From Stylophora pistillata (Eukaryota), in assembly GCF_002571385.2 (NCBI RefSeq), contig NW_019217806.1:1223644-1287643 (forward strand): a DNA stretch of 64,000 bases, read 5' to 3'. Of the stretch, positions 1 to 13,700 are shown in pieces (the stretch's first letter is position 1; the number at the start of each line of letters is the position of its first letter). Below the pieces are notes generated by a model. The model was not told the DNA's origin. It worked only from the letters and a program-made list of their open reading frames with translations, and searched no databases. Made by a program: the position numbers and the translations under genes.

Positions 1-737
1 ATAGCCTCCCGGGCTCATCTTAAAAATCCTACACACGACTTCTGGCTATATCATATTATTTTCCTTTAAGTTTCAAAGTCTTCTTCCACTTCAGGTAGAT
101 CATCCTTCACTTGAGTTCTTTTTTCGTCGTCGCAAGATTTCATATTGGTTGAATATTTCTTTTAAATGTGAAGTGAAACAACCTTTACTTCTCCAAAACT
201 CGTCTTCTTTATCTTAGTTTCTATCTCCTGCATTCACAGTAGCCGCTCAACACATCAAATACAAGCTCTTAGGTAAACTTCTTACAAAAGTAGAAAAAAA
301 TTCAACGCGCCGCCATCTTTGTTTTGAATTTTCATCTTTTGATCTCGCGCTTCTTTCGCACGTTTCTCTCGCGCGCGTCAGGCACGCATAGAAGCAACTA
401 AAACCGACTTGTTAAATTTAACTCTTCCGTTCTCCCGTCTCGTGTGGGGTCTGAAAACTAATTTGGGATGGCTAGAGACACCCCTGGGACGAGATTGAGA
501 AACTGGCGATGATTGAGTAACATGGAGACCACTCTAAAGCATTTTATTCCATTATGTTCACTTATCGAGTTTTCTCGACTCAGGTTCAAAATATATCTTT
601 GTTTCTCTGTGAAAGTCAATTTAAAAGAAAGTAGAAGCACAAAGACGTAATCGTAACAGTAAACTTTTTACAACTTTTCCTCTGCAAACTGATACTTCAG
701 GTAATATTGTTCCTGATGTTTGCCATTTGCTTTTCAG

Positions 738-2491
738 CCCTCCTGGGAAATCGCGGACCCAATAATAAGCCTGGTAGGAGCATGCGTGGTTCTGTTGTCG
801 ACTTGTTCTGTTTTGAAACAGTCTGTCAATATTTTACTAGAAGGTATGAAACTTCAACTATGTTTTTCCGAATTTAGATGAATAACTTCGAAATTCTTGA
901 GACACACAGGAGGCCTGTGGCGTTGGACCCCTTAGTTTGGCTCAGCTAACGAACTGGTTTTAACTCAACAATGGAGCGCGAACTCCGAGGGTTAGGCTGT
1001 GTTTTTCAGGCGTGCGGAGGCACGCACGAGGCGAGCTTGAGGAGGGTGCAAAGAGAGAGTTAGATACGCGCAATAGGATAGGCGTAAAAAGTCATTTATT
1101 TTTCTGGCTCCTCTCGTTACGGGTGTCTCGCCCTCACGGTCAGTTTCCACGCTCTTGCCTCGCGTTTTCCTTACGCTTATCCCGTGCTTTCCTTACGTTT
1201 TCCTGGTGCTTTCCTCGAAATTTCCTGGCACTCTACTCGCGCTTTCCTTTCCTTCCCAAGCGCTTACCTAGGCTCGCGTGAAAAACACTCAAAAAAGGAA
1301 AGATAGAAGAAATGACGTATATTCAAGGTCAAATTCTATTTCATTTATAAAAGACTGATAGAAAAGTAGAAGACATAGAGATGACACTTCTTGATAAAAG
1401 AGGTATTTACTTAACAGGTAGTTCTAACTGCCTCGTTTTCAGGAGTGCCTTCCAACATAAGGCTTGCTGACTTAAGAAAAGATTTAACTGATACTGATCA
1501 TGTGATAAGCATTCATAAGACGCATGTCTGGTCTTTAACCACTGGTAAAACGATCCTTTCAGCTCACCTGGTCGTAGGTATGTGCCTCCTAAATTGTTAT
1601 TCATTATTCTGCAGACTCATTCATCCTGTATTAGGAGGAAAAAATAGATACTTGTAAATCTTATATCATCATTTTTAATTTCGACTCGTCTTTCACTCCA
1701 GGGGTAACGGGACCCTTCTTAAAGATAAAAGAACTTGGTGAGGTAGTATATTGCTCATTAAGGGACGGGGGGGGGGAAGAGAATGACTGATTAGGTAACA
1801 CTAAGGTATTTAAGGAAAACAGTGGACGAATGTGACACGTTTTCTGTCATATTTGAACCAATACCAAAACTGAGGCACGCCAATGAAATAACGTTCTTGT
1901 ATCATTTGAGGATTCCTTTGAAAAGTTGCAGTTACCCTCACCCCCATCTTACACGAGCCACTCTTGATGGCAAAGAAGGCCTGAACACGAGTTTGGGTTC
2001 CAGTCCATGTGCGTTTAGACGTATTTCTTAGGGAAGTGAGCAAGCTGACTTTTCTGGGCGAGTTTGATCAATTTTTGACTTTGGTACTCGGCTCATGCGT
2101 AATTTATAACTCCAGTAAAACAAAGCGCAGCGGTTTGCAAATTACATCACGAAGCGGGGTAGGTTGGCTAGCAGGTGTAGAAAATGGCTGTTTATAGACT
2201 AGAATATCCTCAGGTTTCTGGAGAATCAGGCCACACAGCCCTATGAGGAATTCCGAGAAGTGTACCTAAGTTTTCTCGCCTCAGCAAGCCTTTCTTATTT
2301 CAATTGGTTTTTCAACAGATTCCAGAGCGGATGCCAACACTGTGTTAGCGGAGGTAACGCGGAAGATGTGTGAAAAATATCAGTTTTATCACACTTGTTT
2401 ACAGATTGAAATTCCACGAAAGGGACGCCGAACTGCTGATATTCATCGAAATAACCAAACAGCAAATACAGAACACGACAACGGAGATTAG
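738..2491 (+). CDS. Cation diffusion facilitator / ZnT (SLC30A2/3/4/8-like) zinc transporter, last three exons; the 5' part lies outside the window
   Basis: AG/GT-bounded exons 738-843, 1443-1577 and 2319-2491 join in frame (phase 1,1). They read PSWEIADPIISLVGACVVLLSTCSVLKQSVNILLE-G-VPSNIRLADLRKDL...IHKTHVWSLTTGKTILSAHLVV-D-...KYQFYHTCLQIE...*. ADP in TM6, HxxHxWSL and TxQIE-like are CDF/ZnT C-terminal hallmarks. Confidence 0.88.
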
Positions 2492-3539
2492 GGAAGCTTT
2501 ACGCAAATGCGAAGAGACAAATATTCCTAGTCAGCAAAATTTGTATCATGGAATACATTAATTTTCTGAAAAACATGTATTTGCAAAATAAATTAGAAAT
2601 GCGTTTAGACACCATGTCCAATGCAAGAATTAAAAGCGAACCCCACATGGTAATTAATATAAAGAATATTTTTACCCAAGGGAGAAGACCCCTCACTTTA
2701 TATCCACAGGCTTCTTGCTTCTTTTATTTATTCAAATGCAGAGGTAATTAAAATAAAATTCAGACGATTAGTGACGTGAAGCACGATCGCGCATGCGTAT
2801 AAATGGGCCACTTAAATGACTCTATAGTCCACTCCACTCTCACAAGCTCGTTAAGAAACTTTGATCTAGACCGTTTTCTTTTTTAAATAACCGTATTATG
2901 ATAACCTCGAGTCAACAGTCCTGAACCAAATATGATGGTTAATGTTAGGAGTCCATGTATGACCCCATGGTTAGGAGTCCATGTATGACCCCATAACGGG
3001 TAATGTTTGCGTTTCCACGCGCGCGTCCGTTATATTAAAATGAATTTGGAAATGTCTAAAATCATTGCTGGCTCAAAGCTCTTTTTGTCTATTTGTCATT
3101 AACATGTTTCCTTCCAGAATAGAAAAAAAATTCAAAATACAGTATATAGAAATGGGCGAAAAATAAAGAGCAAGACAATAGATTTTATTGTGATATAATT
3201 GTGATTTTACTGCGCTTGTTTGTGAAATTTTTGCAAACGATCATGTGCTGCTGCTACGAAAGTCTGTAGTCCAGAGGGAAACTCGTTTATTTCTTTTTCT
3301 TTTTGCTTCGCTCTGTTTCACGGCTTATTCGTTCACTGCCACCATAGTTAGTAGAGGTCCCCTCCACTAACTATGCTACCACACACTCAAACGTCACGCT
3401 CAATTAACTTTGAAAAAACATGAATAATGCAGCGAATAATTATCTTAACGGTTGTATTAAAGTGGCGCATTATTTTCCAGCATTTATACACTGATTCAGA
3501 GCGCGCAACGAATGGATCAAGAACATGTAGGCGCCAAAA

Positions 3540-3758
3540 GCCTTGAAAACGGCTTGCTTTCGAGCTCGCCATGAAAATGGCGAAGCCTGGAGGCTGGTAA
3601 AAGTATTTCCATTGGAAAGTTTTGAGTTATTTGGCTGAAAGTCGAATACGAACTTCCTCCAGAACTCGTGGAAGTGAATCAGTCAAACAGTAAGCTGATT
3701 TTTCAGAGCTTAGGGTTTCAAAAGTTTGGGAATACTATCAAAGACGTAAAATTCGAAG
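3540..3758 (+). promoter_or_regulatory. Probable non-coding first exon / promoter of synaptotagmin-like gene 1, containing a 9-codon uORF
   Basis: YY1-like AAAATGGCG near 3574, strong donor AAG|GTAAGT at 3758/3759, uORF ATG 3571 to TAA 3600. The start coordinate is approximate. Confidence 0.5.
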
Positions 3759-6060
3759 GTAAGTTTTAGACATGCTTGTTTTGAGAGTATCTATTTAAAG
3801 TTGTATCATCATCAGCTTAAACAAAATTCAAAATTCAACGGTATTATTTGACCTAAACGTTTGTTGGCAGAAGTCATGAGTCGAATATGTAATATTTACA
3901 GTTCTAAATTCCCAGCAGGACAAACCTAAAAACCTTGCTATGCCATATTTATTTGTAAAGTTGCATCCTCAAAATCTAAAACATTTGGAAACTATGGATT
4001 AGTATTTTGCGTGATTTGATCAGACATAAAAAGTTTTGCCTTTATGGGATGTTTATGATATTCCAGTGTAGCTGACAACTATGCACTCGACCTGTTTAAA
4101 CTTTGTTTAGTTTTGGAATGAGAGCTATTTTCCTGACCAGCAAGTATAAAACACGCTATTCCAATATTATTGTCGGTTTTCAAGCCTTATTTACTGGTTT
4201 GCATTTTCTCAATTCAGTTTCCGCCAAATTTCTCTAAGAATGGTTTTGTTTACATGACCCCATGGTCGTAATGTGCACTTTTCCGAGCCACGCAAAAGTC
4301 TGATAAGAACTAATTCACTGACGTTACAAATAGTATTTGAACATGCTGTGGTATTTGGTAGAGCTTGGAAGTCTAAAACAGACTTCCTGAGGTTTTTAGG
4401 ACAGAATGAAGAAAACCAAATGATGTACATCATTAATTAGGAAGTTATATTCTAAACTTCATGCTACACTGAGTATAGATTTGGCGGGAACTTTTATGAA
4501 CTCGCTTTTTCAGAAACAATTCGTTTAGCAATTCGTTTCAATCTGATCGTTGCCTTCTAATTAAACTAATATTTCTATTTCGTACATTGTTTTTCACTCG
4601 ACGATGGGTTTCAGTTTAGCGAAATTCTAAAACTTTAGAACCAATTTCTTCCGGAAGACAATAGCTTGTTGTAAGAAAAGCTCGAAATCAATCAGCTGTA
4701 AAGCAGACTTAGTTGAGAATAAAGTAGAACTATTTCAAATTATACCTTACCACAAAGCCTAATTACAACTGATCTTGGAGGTATGCGACCTCCTTTTTTT
4801 TTAGTTAAAGAAGATAAATAACTGACCAGTCGAAAGATTATTTTCTGTCATGTGGAGGGCGCGAGAGTCATTGAACTGAAATAACGATAAACAGTTATAA
4901 AGAAAAAGTAAAAAAAAAAAAAAAACTAGAGGATTTCAAGCGAAAGAATAGTATTACTCACTAGTTTAACAGTATAAGACTTCCGGAGTCATACACTTTA
5001 CGAATACAATAAGGAGAATATTTTTTTACTGGAAAATTTTTGCTCCTTTATCGGCACTGTCTCAGCTGACAAGTTTGCGCATGGAAAGTACGCCGCGAAT
5101 TCAATTTTATAAGTCAATAGACTACAGCTTTTCAGACAAATCAACTAGGATAAATTTCAAATTCGTAGTATCGAATCGTAACAAATTTAATTCCTCTTGA
5201 GAGAAGATTTGTACAATAAACCATTAAATGAACTTTATGAAAAGATATGTTCAGGTCGGGTTGTTTTGGCGCTAAAACAAATATCCTGGAAAGAAAGAAT
5301 AACTAATTAATTATTAATTCACTGAAATAATTATGAGAAAACTAGAACGTCCCAGGGCATTTATGAAATAACAGAGAATACTACTACGAGAGCTTTGATT
5401 GGACAAAAGTTCTCGTTTATTGCACCGGTAAACCCAGAGAAAATTAAAACTTTCCTCTGTGTTTTGTTTTAACTTTATTTTATAATACAATAGACCGTAG
5501 TTTCTATCGGTTTACCCGCGAAATAACCCATCTGGCATGTTTGGTGAACACTCGAAAGTTTGTAAGCCTCCGGCTCGCGATTTTCAAATTTTTCCGGATT
5601 GTTTTATTTTCCCAACATTACCCGTGGGTTATTGCGCCGGTAAACCGATTGAAAGCGCGGTCTACTGCTTCTTGAAGATGTGAATAAAAGATTAAAAATT
5701 ATAGCATCCATTTACAAAATCACAACGAGTAGTCTTAATCAGCTGTGAAGCGAATTTCAGAACACTAGGTGCTCCTCTTGAGTGTCTGTCGAAAAGTCTT
5801 CAATTCCCTTCCGCTTCGCAGCTCTTTTGCTCCTGCAAAAGAGCGCCAGAGATCTTTGCCAAAGTCTTTTCAGATTTTTTATACGGAGATTTTAGCCTCT
5901 AAATTTTGACTCTCTTGTCTAAGATTTTAGACCAGTACCCTTCTGTACTGAACTCTAAAGAGCGACCGATCTAAGAAAGTTACTACATAAGCCTGCCAAT
6001 GGTTTTGACGGTCTGAGTTATTCTCTTTGTTTCTTTTAGAGCGATTCAAGTCAACTGCAC

Positions 6061-9000
6061 ATGGCCTTGGATGTAGCTGCGGTAATAGTGGTCAGCGTTG
6101 TTCTTTCGCTGTTGATTTTCCTTTATATTGCCCTATCGATAAGGTTCGCGCTGAAAAAGGCATCAGGGAGGATCCCTGACGATGACCCAAGGAACTCTTT
6201 CCTGTATCATACGGCAGCATGGCACCCTTTCGGCGTGGCAGACACCAAGTGCATCCCAATACAGCCCAGGACATACGATGAACTCAGAAGGGTGACTCAT
6301 CTTCATAATCTATTATTAATTTTATTATAAGCTAAATTGTACATGCATTTTGATTGGTTGTTACCTATGGTCTATTATAGGCCAGTCGCTTAGATGACGT
6401 CAGCATTAAAAACGTTTTGCATTTTTTATCATAAAAAGGAAAGATTCCATGTTGCCATGGGTCTGTACAGTAATAGATCACAGAAGACTCAAAATAGGGC
6501 AAGAATATGCGTGACACACTTGGCTGCGCCACTTTTTTGTACATACCACATTTTGACGTCATCCGTGATATATTGGCGATCAGACGCACGGCAACATGAA
6601 ATCTTTTTGTTAAACGATGGTCTCCCGTCAGTGGTCAGCTTCATGTTGTGGGCTCTTGAGAACGCGTGCGAGATAGAAGAAATTCTCATTTTGCATAAAA
6701 AGCATCAAACCGCAAAAGCTCTTTGAGTTTTTTCTGGTTCCGCCACGCAATGCTTTCTTCCTTCACGTTTTCGTGATGAGCTCTCTATAGGTCCCAGACT
6801 CACATACGCGACAATCTCCTCTCCTAAGTTTAACCTGTACTTAGATTGGAATTATCAAGCGATAACGGCTGAGATCACTGTTCAGCGCTGCACATGCGTG
6901 AGACTACTTGAATCATCTCGAGTGGAAGGGAAGGAAAGATTCCCTACTCGTCACACCTCGCGCTCCCCATATACAGTGGACTTTCTATCACCCAGAATTA
7001 ACAATGAGTCATATATGGTCAAAAGTATTTTTGTTATTGGTGTTAATTTTTGAGAGCCCCTCTTGACAAGTTGGATTCCCTCTTCGAATAGTATTATTAT
7101 TATCATTATTATTATAAATATTATTATTATTAAATAATGCATGTTCATAAGTACAAAGATTATTTTCAGAGCGAAGAGAAGCTGGTCGACTCAGGATCAA
7201 TGAAAATTCCACCAGTGAAGATTGCTGGAAAGATCAAACTGTCGCTTCAGTATGATTCTATGAGGTAACAGAGTGACGCAGAGTTTTGAGTACTTTTCAC
7301 TAGACTTTCACTGTATGTAGTATGCAATTTCTTCTTATATGGGTGATATGCAATTCAGTGATAAAAATATTAAGACTGAGACCAAGGGAACACTGATCTG
7401 GGGAACACCACTCGGTCCAGTTTTCTTTGCTGACGTCACTGCTCACGTCTAAACAAATCGAACTACAGTATTCAGGCGAATCTTTTCCCAGGCTCTACGC
7501 CTGGAGAAAGAGATCAAATACAAAAATTAGCGTTAGTGCGCATCTTGTACCCGGATCTCCTCAATTTTTTAATTCGGAAACGATTTGGGTACGAAATAAA
7601 AACGAACGCATGTAATTGGACGTAAGCGTAGGTACATAATCCCTGACATTTGGTTTACCATTGAAACCCAGGTCCACTCTTATGGCCACCATTCACACAG
7701 TCAACCTACAAGAGCTTCCTTCTACTCTTGACGCCAACTATTACGTCACACTGAAGATCCTGCCGCAGAACCATCGCTCGTTCCAGACCAAAGCGGTCAA
7801 ACGGGACAAGAGCCTCGACTTCAAGGAGACGTTTGAATTCCGAGTCACATTCGAGAAACTTAACGCACAAAGTTTGAAGATGACGTTATGTTGTTTCGAT
7901 CGATTTTCCCAGCATGAGCCTCTTGGTGAACAAACAGTGCATCTAGCTGACCTCGAGGCCCGTGGGCTCAGCCTCTCTCGAGAGATAACGTTATTTCGTG
8001 ATATTCATGCAGTTCGAAAGGTAAAACTTGTTGATTTTGTTACTTGCACTCAGGCTCTTGGTCGGTGGAAACGAGCATAAGGAGCAGGGGGGTAAGCTGC
8101 CGTTTCCAGACCACCTACAGTCACCATTTGCGCTAGAAATATTGCGCGAGGCCGACCAAATTGACCCCTTGCATATGCATGATATTTAATCCTTATTTTT
8201 CCGTGGGGGTGTGGAGAGTCTTTGCGCATTAATTTTCTTATAGTAAGCATGCTCACACTCAGTTTATGAGCAACTTTGGAACAACATTGTCTTGTTATTC
8301 CCATCTTTCTGATGTTCGTTTGCCTTAAAATCTATTCTTCGTCTTATTGTGACTATGTTCTTGTGAATTGTAGGCATCGGGTGTTCTTGGGGAATTGATG
8401 ATATCCCTGGGGTATCTCAGGCTAACTGAAAGGCTAACGATAGTGGTAATCCGGGCGAGAAACCTCCCTGAAAATGAAGACAAAGAGGATCCAGGCAAGT
8501 ACCTCTAATCAGATCCCCCCCCTCCCTATCGCCGGCCATGGAAAATTGGCGAAAACATTTGGATGTGTTGATATTTTGTTTTCTTTGCAACTCCCCACGA
8601 GCAGATATGGCGGTCTTCCCTCCCTCCCCCTCTTAATTCAGTTCCCGACAATGGAGAGCTGGTCAACCAGAATGAAACCTTACGTTTTTAAATGTTAATC
8701 TTTGGATGTTGCTCTTCAGTCTCACTTTGTCGCAATATATAGGTTCATTGCAGCCTGAAACATCTGGTCCCTCTCTTTCAGAAATAAAACTTCAAATTCC
8801 GACCTTTCGTCGATCCACAAAATTTGGTTTTTTGTCTTAATTGTCATTATCTCTTGTGTTTTGCTTGAAGCTAATGCAACCAAAACCTGAAAAAAGCGAA
8901 AATCTAGGTCTGTTGAGAAACAAAGTTACAACAAAAAGAGGTAATAAAATGTCTCAGTATTCGTTTGAAATATATTGATTTGCTTATAACTCTTTTTAAT

Positions 9001-9307
9001 AGCTCCATACGTTGAGGTCTCTCTTATTCACGAAGGACGAATCCTCAAGCAGAAAAAAACAGTCGTAAAGGAAGAAAATAGAAATCCTGTATTTAACGAA
9101 ACCCTCACATTTCACATTCCTGTTGGTATCCTTCACCAAACAAGCTTTAAGTTGTCCGTGAAAAGCCAGACTCAAAAGAGGACTGAGGACGATTTACTTG
9201 GAAAGATTTTTCTCGGCCCATCATCCACCGGGGGCGAGTTTGACCACTGGAATGAGATGAGGATCAACAACAAACCAATAGCACGCTGGCATAAGCTTCT
9301 TGATTGA
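6061..9307 (+). CDS. Synaptotagmin-like protein 1 (N-terminal TM, linker, C2A, C2B), about 366 aa
   Basis: Exons 6061-6291, 7170-7264, 7672-8020, 8374-8494 (GC donor) and 9003-9307 total 1101 nt, open. TM VAAVIVVSVVLSLLIFLYIALSI. C2A GKIKLSLQYD...FKETFEF...CCFDRFSQHEPLGE. C2B LGELMISLGY...ERLTIVVIRARNL...PYVEV...RNPVFNETLTF...DHWNEM...PIARWHKL. Confidence 0.9.
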
Positions 9308-9539
9308 CAAGCGCGATAATTCAGATGGATTTCCCTTCTGCATCAGCTGTGAACATGAAAGCTTTGTAACGGTTAAAATGGTTAAACTTGTAGTTCATAA
9401 TTTCGAGATTTCTGATTTTAAGTCAGCCTGCATTTTCAATTTCTCATACATCAATTGAGATTTTCTCATACCTTTTTTTTTCAAAACCATTGTTTTCTTA
9501 AGTTTTATATGTACAATGAAGTCACGCAACGCTATAAAA

Positions 9540-9720
9540 TAGATTAAAGGAGCAAGTTTCTAAACTTGAAACTGTGGTGTGGCGTAGGTGGGAGCATTGA
9601 AAATATGATATTTTGGTTTTATCATACGAGTTGATTGCGTAAATTGGCCACCGTGTACAGAGTCAGCTTTGGTAACTCTTTACGCTAATCAATTTACATT
9701 TTCCACTCAGCTGATAAAAA
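9540..9720. repeat. Decayed head-to-head copies of the hammerhead-associated short repeat (same family as 42356, 47075, 59365)
   Basis: GAAACTGTGGTG...TTGGTTTTATC...AAATTGGCCACCGT is the reverse complement of the 42400-42490 body. It is followed by GTCAGCTTT...AATTTACATT...CTCAGCTGATAAAA in forward orientation. Confidence 0.6.
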
Positions 9721-10399
9721 AAAAAAATCATCTATAAAATAGATTCCTTCTTTTAACATCATTGATTCACAATTGTTCCGCTGTTCAGTCTATCAATTCT
9801 GGTTCCACGAAGACTGGCCTTGTTTCCATTGTTGCTCATAAATTCTTTGTCCAACGGATTCTTAACAGCCTAAATTCTTCTACCTTCAGGTGGTGTGTCA
9901 CTTTGTTCCATTTGAAGGTTTAAATATCCAAAGAAAGTTATAGTTGTGTTATTTTTTTTTTTTTTTTAGCACCGAATCCTGCATGGCGGCTTTTAGTCAT
10001 TTTAATGGTAACTGTAGCGGCGCAAGATACGCTCCGTGAGATTCTTCTATGATAATTGTGAAGTTTTCCGTTCGGTTCCCTGAGGTGGAACTTCACACTT
10101 TCCTCATTCTTGTTTTCTCAGAAAACTGAAACGTGCGCTTTTGAAACGAAATTTGATACAAGTCACAGCAAAATTTGTCATTCTAAGAAGGAAATTTTAA
10201 AAATTCTTTGAAGAGTTTTGGGAAGTGATTAATCCGTGTTTAAAGAAACATGCAAGCTAGCCTAGCGGACGAAGACAGTGAAGTAGAATAGCACATACTG
10301 GCAGTCTTTCCTTTCCTTCAGACAAATTTCCCCCTAAGAGCTAATTTAGAGATTGTTGAAAGATAGGTGTCGAAGAGACGAAAAGAAAACAATGCAGTT

Positions 10400-10710
10400 G
10401 TTGACGTGGCAACTCTGTGTTATCATGCCCGATGTGACAACTTCCCCTAGTGCTAACCGCGCAGTAACCGTAGACACAACTGCATTCTCGTATTTCAACC
10501 GAACTACAGAACCTTTAAAATCCGAGACAGTGAGATTATTGCGTATCGTCTGCGCAGTTCTTGTTGTTAATTCTCAAACCACTACAAAGATTTTAATCTA
10601 TCGAGGACTTTCCAAGCTTTCGCTGGTTTGAATCGAATACGAGGAATTGAAACGGGCCAGCTATGGAACTGCCGAAGATATAGCGAAACTCCTCGTCTTA
10701 CTCACGAGAG
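10400..10710 (+). promoter_or_regulatory. Candidate non-coding first exon for synaptotagmin-like gene 2 (other candidate donors at 13431 and 13873)
   Basis: CpG-containing stretch ending in donor GAG|GTATGC at 10710/10711, with further strong donors GG|GTAAGT (13431) and CG|GTGAGT (13873). The first coding exon has an acceptor at 17612 and an in-frame TAA just before its ATG, so upstream exons must be UTR. Confidence 0.35.
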
Positions 10711-13700
10711 GTATGCATTTGTTTTTTCAAACTCCCTCGCGTTCTGTAACTAATTTAAGGAAGGAAATTTAACTTTTGTTACCGCCTATTGAAGTGTTTG
10801 GTAACTTAACATTTCTATTCCACAATTTACTGCTGAATTTTTACGATCAAACTGTCCCTTAAGAGGCACGATAAGCTTAGGCAGCACGCCAAATCGACTT
10901 ATTTCCTTCCATGTTTTGATGCATGAGTTTGACAAACCTTACAAGAATTTTCACTGCCTTCCTCTTTCGACGAGTTTCGCCTTTACTTCCTTTGCATCTG
11001 AAATCACAGGACACATTTTTCTTGAAATTCAGAAATACTGAGTTGGATTCTCATTATGTTCTCAAATGTATTTTTTTTTTTTAATTTGTGAAGTATCTTC
11101 TGTTTGTTGATCTCTGTTTTTCGTAGTGACAAACTAATTGCACAAAACGTCGTGATGTAATGGCAAATTAATTCAAATACATCCATCAAGTAATAACAAA
11201 TGTAGCCGGTACATGAAATGTCTTAAAAGCAGAGATTTCTAGGAGAGAGATCTGCTGTTTCCATGCAGCCCTGATTGCAGGCGATAAAATATTTTATATC
11301 TTACTAGGGAATCAGTTCATACGAGAAAAGTGCATCTGTGACCTTTTGTCTCAGCAAAAGCGTATTCAAGGTCACAAGTGTTTTTGTGACGTGTTCTTCA
11401 ACCACGGCTCAGTTTTACGTCGACGGCTTCGCTCTTCTTCATCTTTAATCAATCTTAATGCACGTTTCGTTTCGCCAAGCCAACTTCTTTCCTTGCTATT
11501 GTCTATTTGCGAGGGATAAATGTTTTTTGTGCTAGCGATTTCCCTATCTAAGGGCTTTCAGAAACTTGCTACAGGAAACTGACTAACTAGGTGAAAATTG
11601 GTAACTTTAAAGACCTTAAACGCTTTTGAAGAACTACTTTAACCATACTGTATGCATTGATGTAAAACTTCTTATCGTTGTGCTTGAAACTATTAAAAAA
11701 TGGCCACGAAAGTTTGACACGCGGGGACATGATGGAGTAGTAAAGTAAATTTTTGTCAGGAAATGTAGTCCATATTGACACGATGTATTCACAAGATCGC
11801 TTAATTTATAAGATGCTGATGAAAGTGCCTTTGTCATATGGTTTAATTTTGCAAAAATCAACATCACCTGGCCTCACCATTAAACTCTTTCTTACTCGTC
11901 CCTAATCACGTTTTCTTTTTTTATTGCAAATGCAAAATGCTCAATGCGACATGTTTCCTTTTTTTCTGAATTTTTGTTATTGTTGTTGTTTTTTAAGTTG
12001 TTGTTGTTTTTTTATTTCCAGTTATTGATTCTACTGTTGATTTTAAAGTTTTACAGCCTCGCTTTAAAAATATGTCTATCGATGGTTTGGTTAAAATCTT
12101 CACAAACTGCAAATCGCCCAAGACCAAATGAGCAAAACTTGCGCTCGAGTCCTGTTCTTCGAGATAAACGTTGCACTCTTCCTAAGTTATGGAAAAAATA
12201 GGCAAAAAAAGAAAAGCCCTTTAGAGCACCATATTTGGAAACCATTTTATACAAAGCTTTGAGGTCGTGATTTCCCAGATTTAAATCACGATAACTTGAA
12301 TGACAAGAGATTCTTCTTTATAACGGAGACTTTTTCTACATATTGCTGCCTGTATATGTTATTTACTACCTTCCATATTCTGCATCTATAAAAACTTGGA
12401 TGACGTGACTCAATTTCGAAAAAAAAAAAGAAAAAAAAGAATCCATGGCGTACTTGTTTCCTTAATCGCGAGCTTTCATTGAACTATTGCTGTTTATCAA
12501 CTTATTCTTTTCGTCAGCTGAAAAAGCTCTGAGCCAGATGTACTCAAGAGTTATTGTATTGTAAGTTATTCAAAACATCTTAAGATCACCCAACTACTTG
12601 CTCTCCTGGTTTTTGTCGGTCGCTTGGTAACTTGTGTTGAAGCTGCATGTTTTGAAAATTAATCGTTTTTTTCGGTTCAAAAATATCGCCCCAGGCCAGT
12701 ATTCAAATCTCAATGGAAAATGACTTCTAGCTGCTCCGTTGGATTCTTAAATGTTTACCTTTTGGAATATCACATTGCCATTTACTTCGACAGCAACCTA
12801 ATTTCATACTAATGAATCATTATCAGTTGCATGAACAGGAGTTTTTTTTTTTTTTTACCTCTAACTGAGACAGTAATATTTTATGTCGTGCGGACAAAAA
12901 TGTGCTGAAGTCGCTCACATGATATTGTGGTCCCTTGTGAAGTAGTTTTGTACAAACAGTAGCATCGTGTTTACCCTCTGGATTAATTAACCCCTTAAAT
13001 AATATTTTTTATTCCATCCGAAACCTTCTTTCAGCCCTCCGCGGTTTGCTTTCGAACTCAAACAAATTTGCCATGAGTTTCGTAATTTTCCGCATTCTAG
13101 CGTGAGAGACGCTTTCAGACAGGTTAATACCTGTGTCTTTGCGCAATCTCTGATTGGCGTTCAGCGGTAGTGCTTTGTTCCGAATCGCGAAGGTTGACCG
13201 AAAAACGTTACATGATTTTGCAATTCAAATGAGCTTGATGTCAACATGTTTTGAATCCGTTGGCAGATAAGTATAAACCACAAAATAACGGGTCGTTAAA
13301 AAATTTCAGCTGATATCACTGCGGGAAATCGTCTTCGATTCGAGATGTAGTATTTCAAATGCTTTGAAGTTCGCGTCGGAAAATTGTTTTCGACATGTTA
13401 ACTAAATGGATTCTATTGTAAAGATTCCCGGGTAAGTTAAATTATCAGGTTGTTTCTTGCAGCGAATTGGTTGAATGGAATAAGTATGTTGAATAAGCCT
13501 TTAACTTGCGCTAGTTGATCCAAAAAAATTAGCTACTATGCATTGTTCATCAGCTTTTTTTTCTTTGAAAAATTCTTGTATTCCTTGACGAGTAACTTCC
13601 TCCTTCCTTCTTTCCGCGAAGCTCAAGTTTTGAATCTTAAAGAAATTGTACTTCTTCGACAACTGTTGACTTTTCCAGAAGACGTTTATGTAAATAGTTT

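Noticed and set aside
1-440. Possible promoter or minus-strand gene start (CGCCATCTT, CpG-rich)
   Set aside because: The nearby ATG closes after 25 codons. The region lies within the inferred ZnT intron and may be a transposon end; it cannot be resolved at the window edge.
2944-2994. 25-bp tandem duplication
   Set aside because: Simple local slippage with no associated feature.
6791-7053. Open stretch after a TAG acceptor in gene 1 intron 2
   Set aside because: Open only in a phase incompatible with the upstream exon, and it has no recognisable domain.
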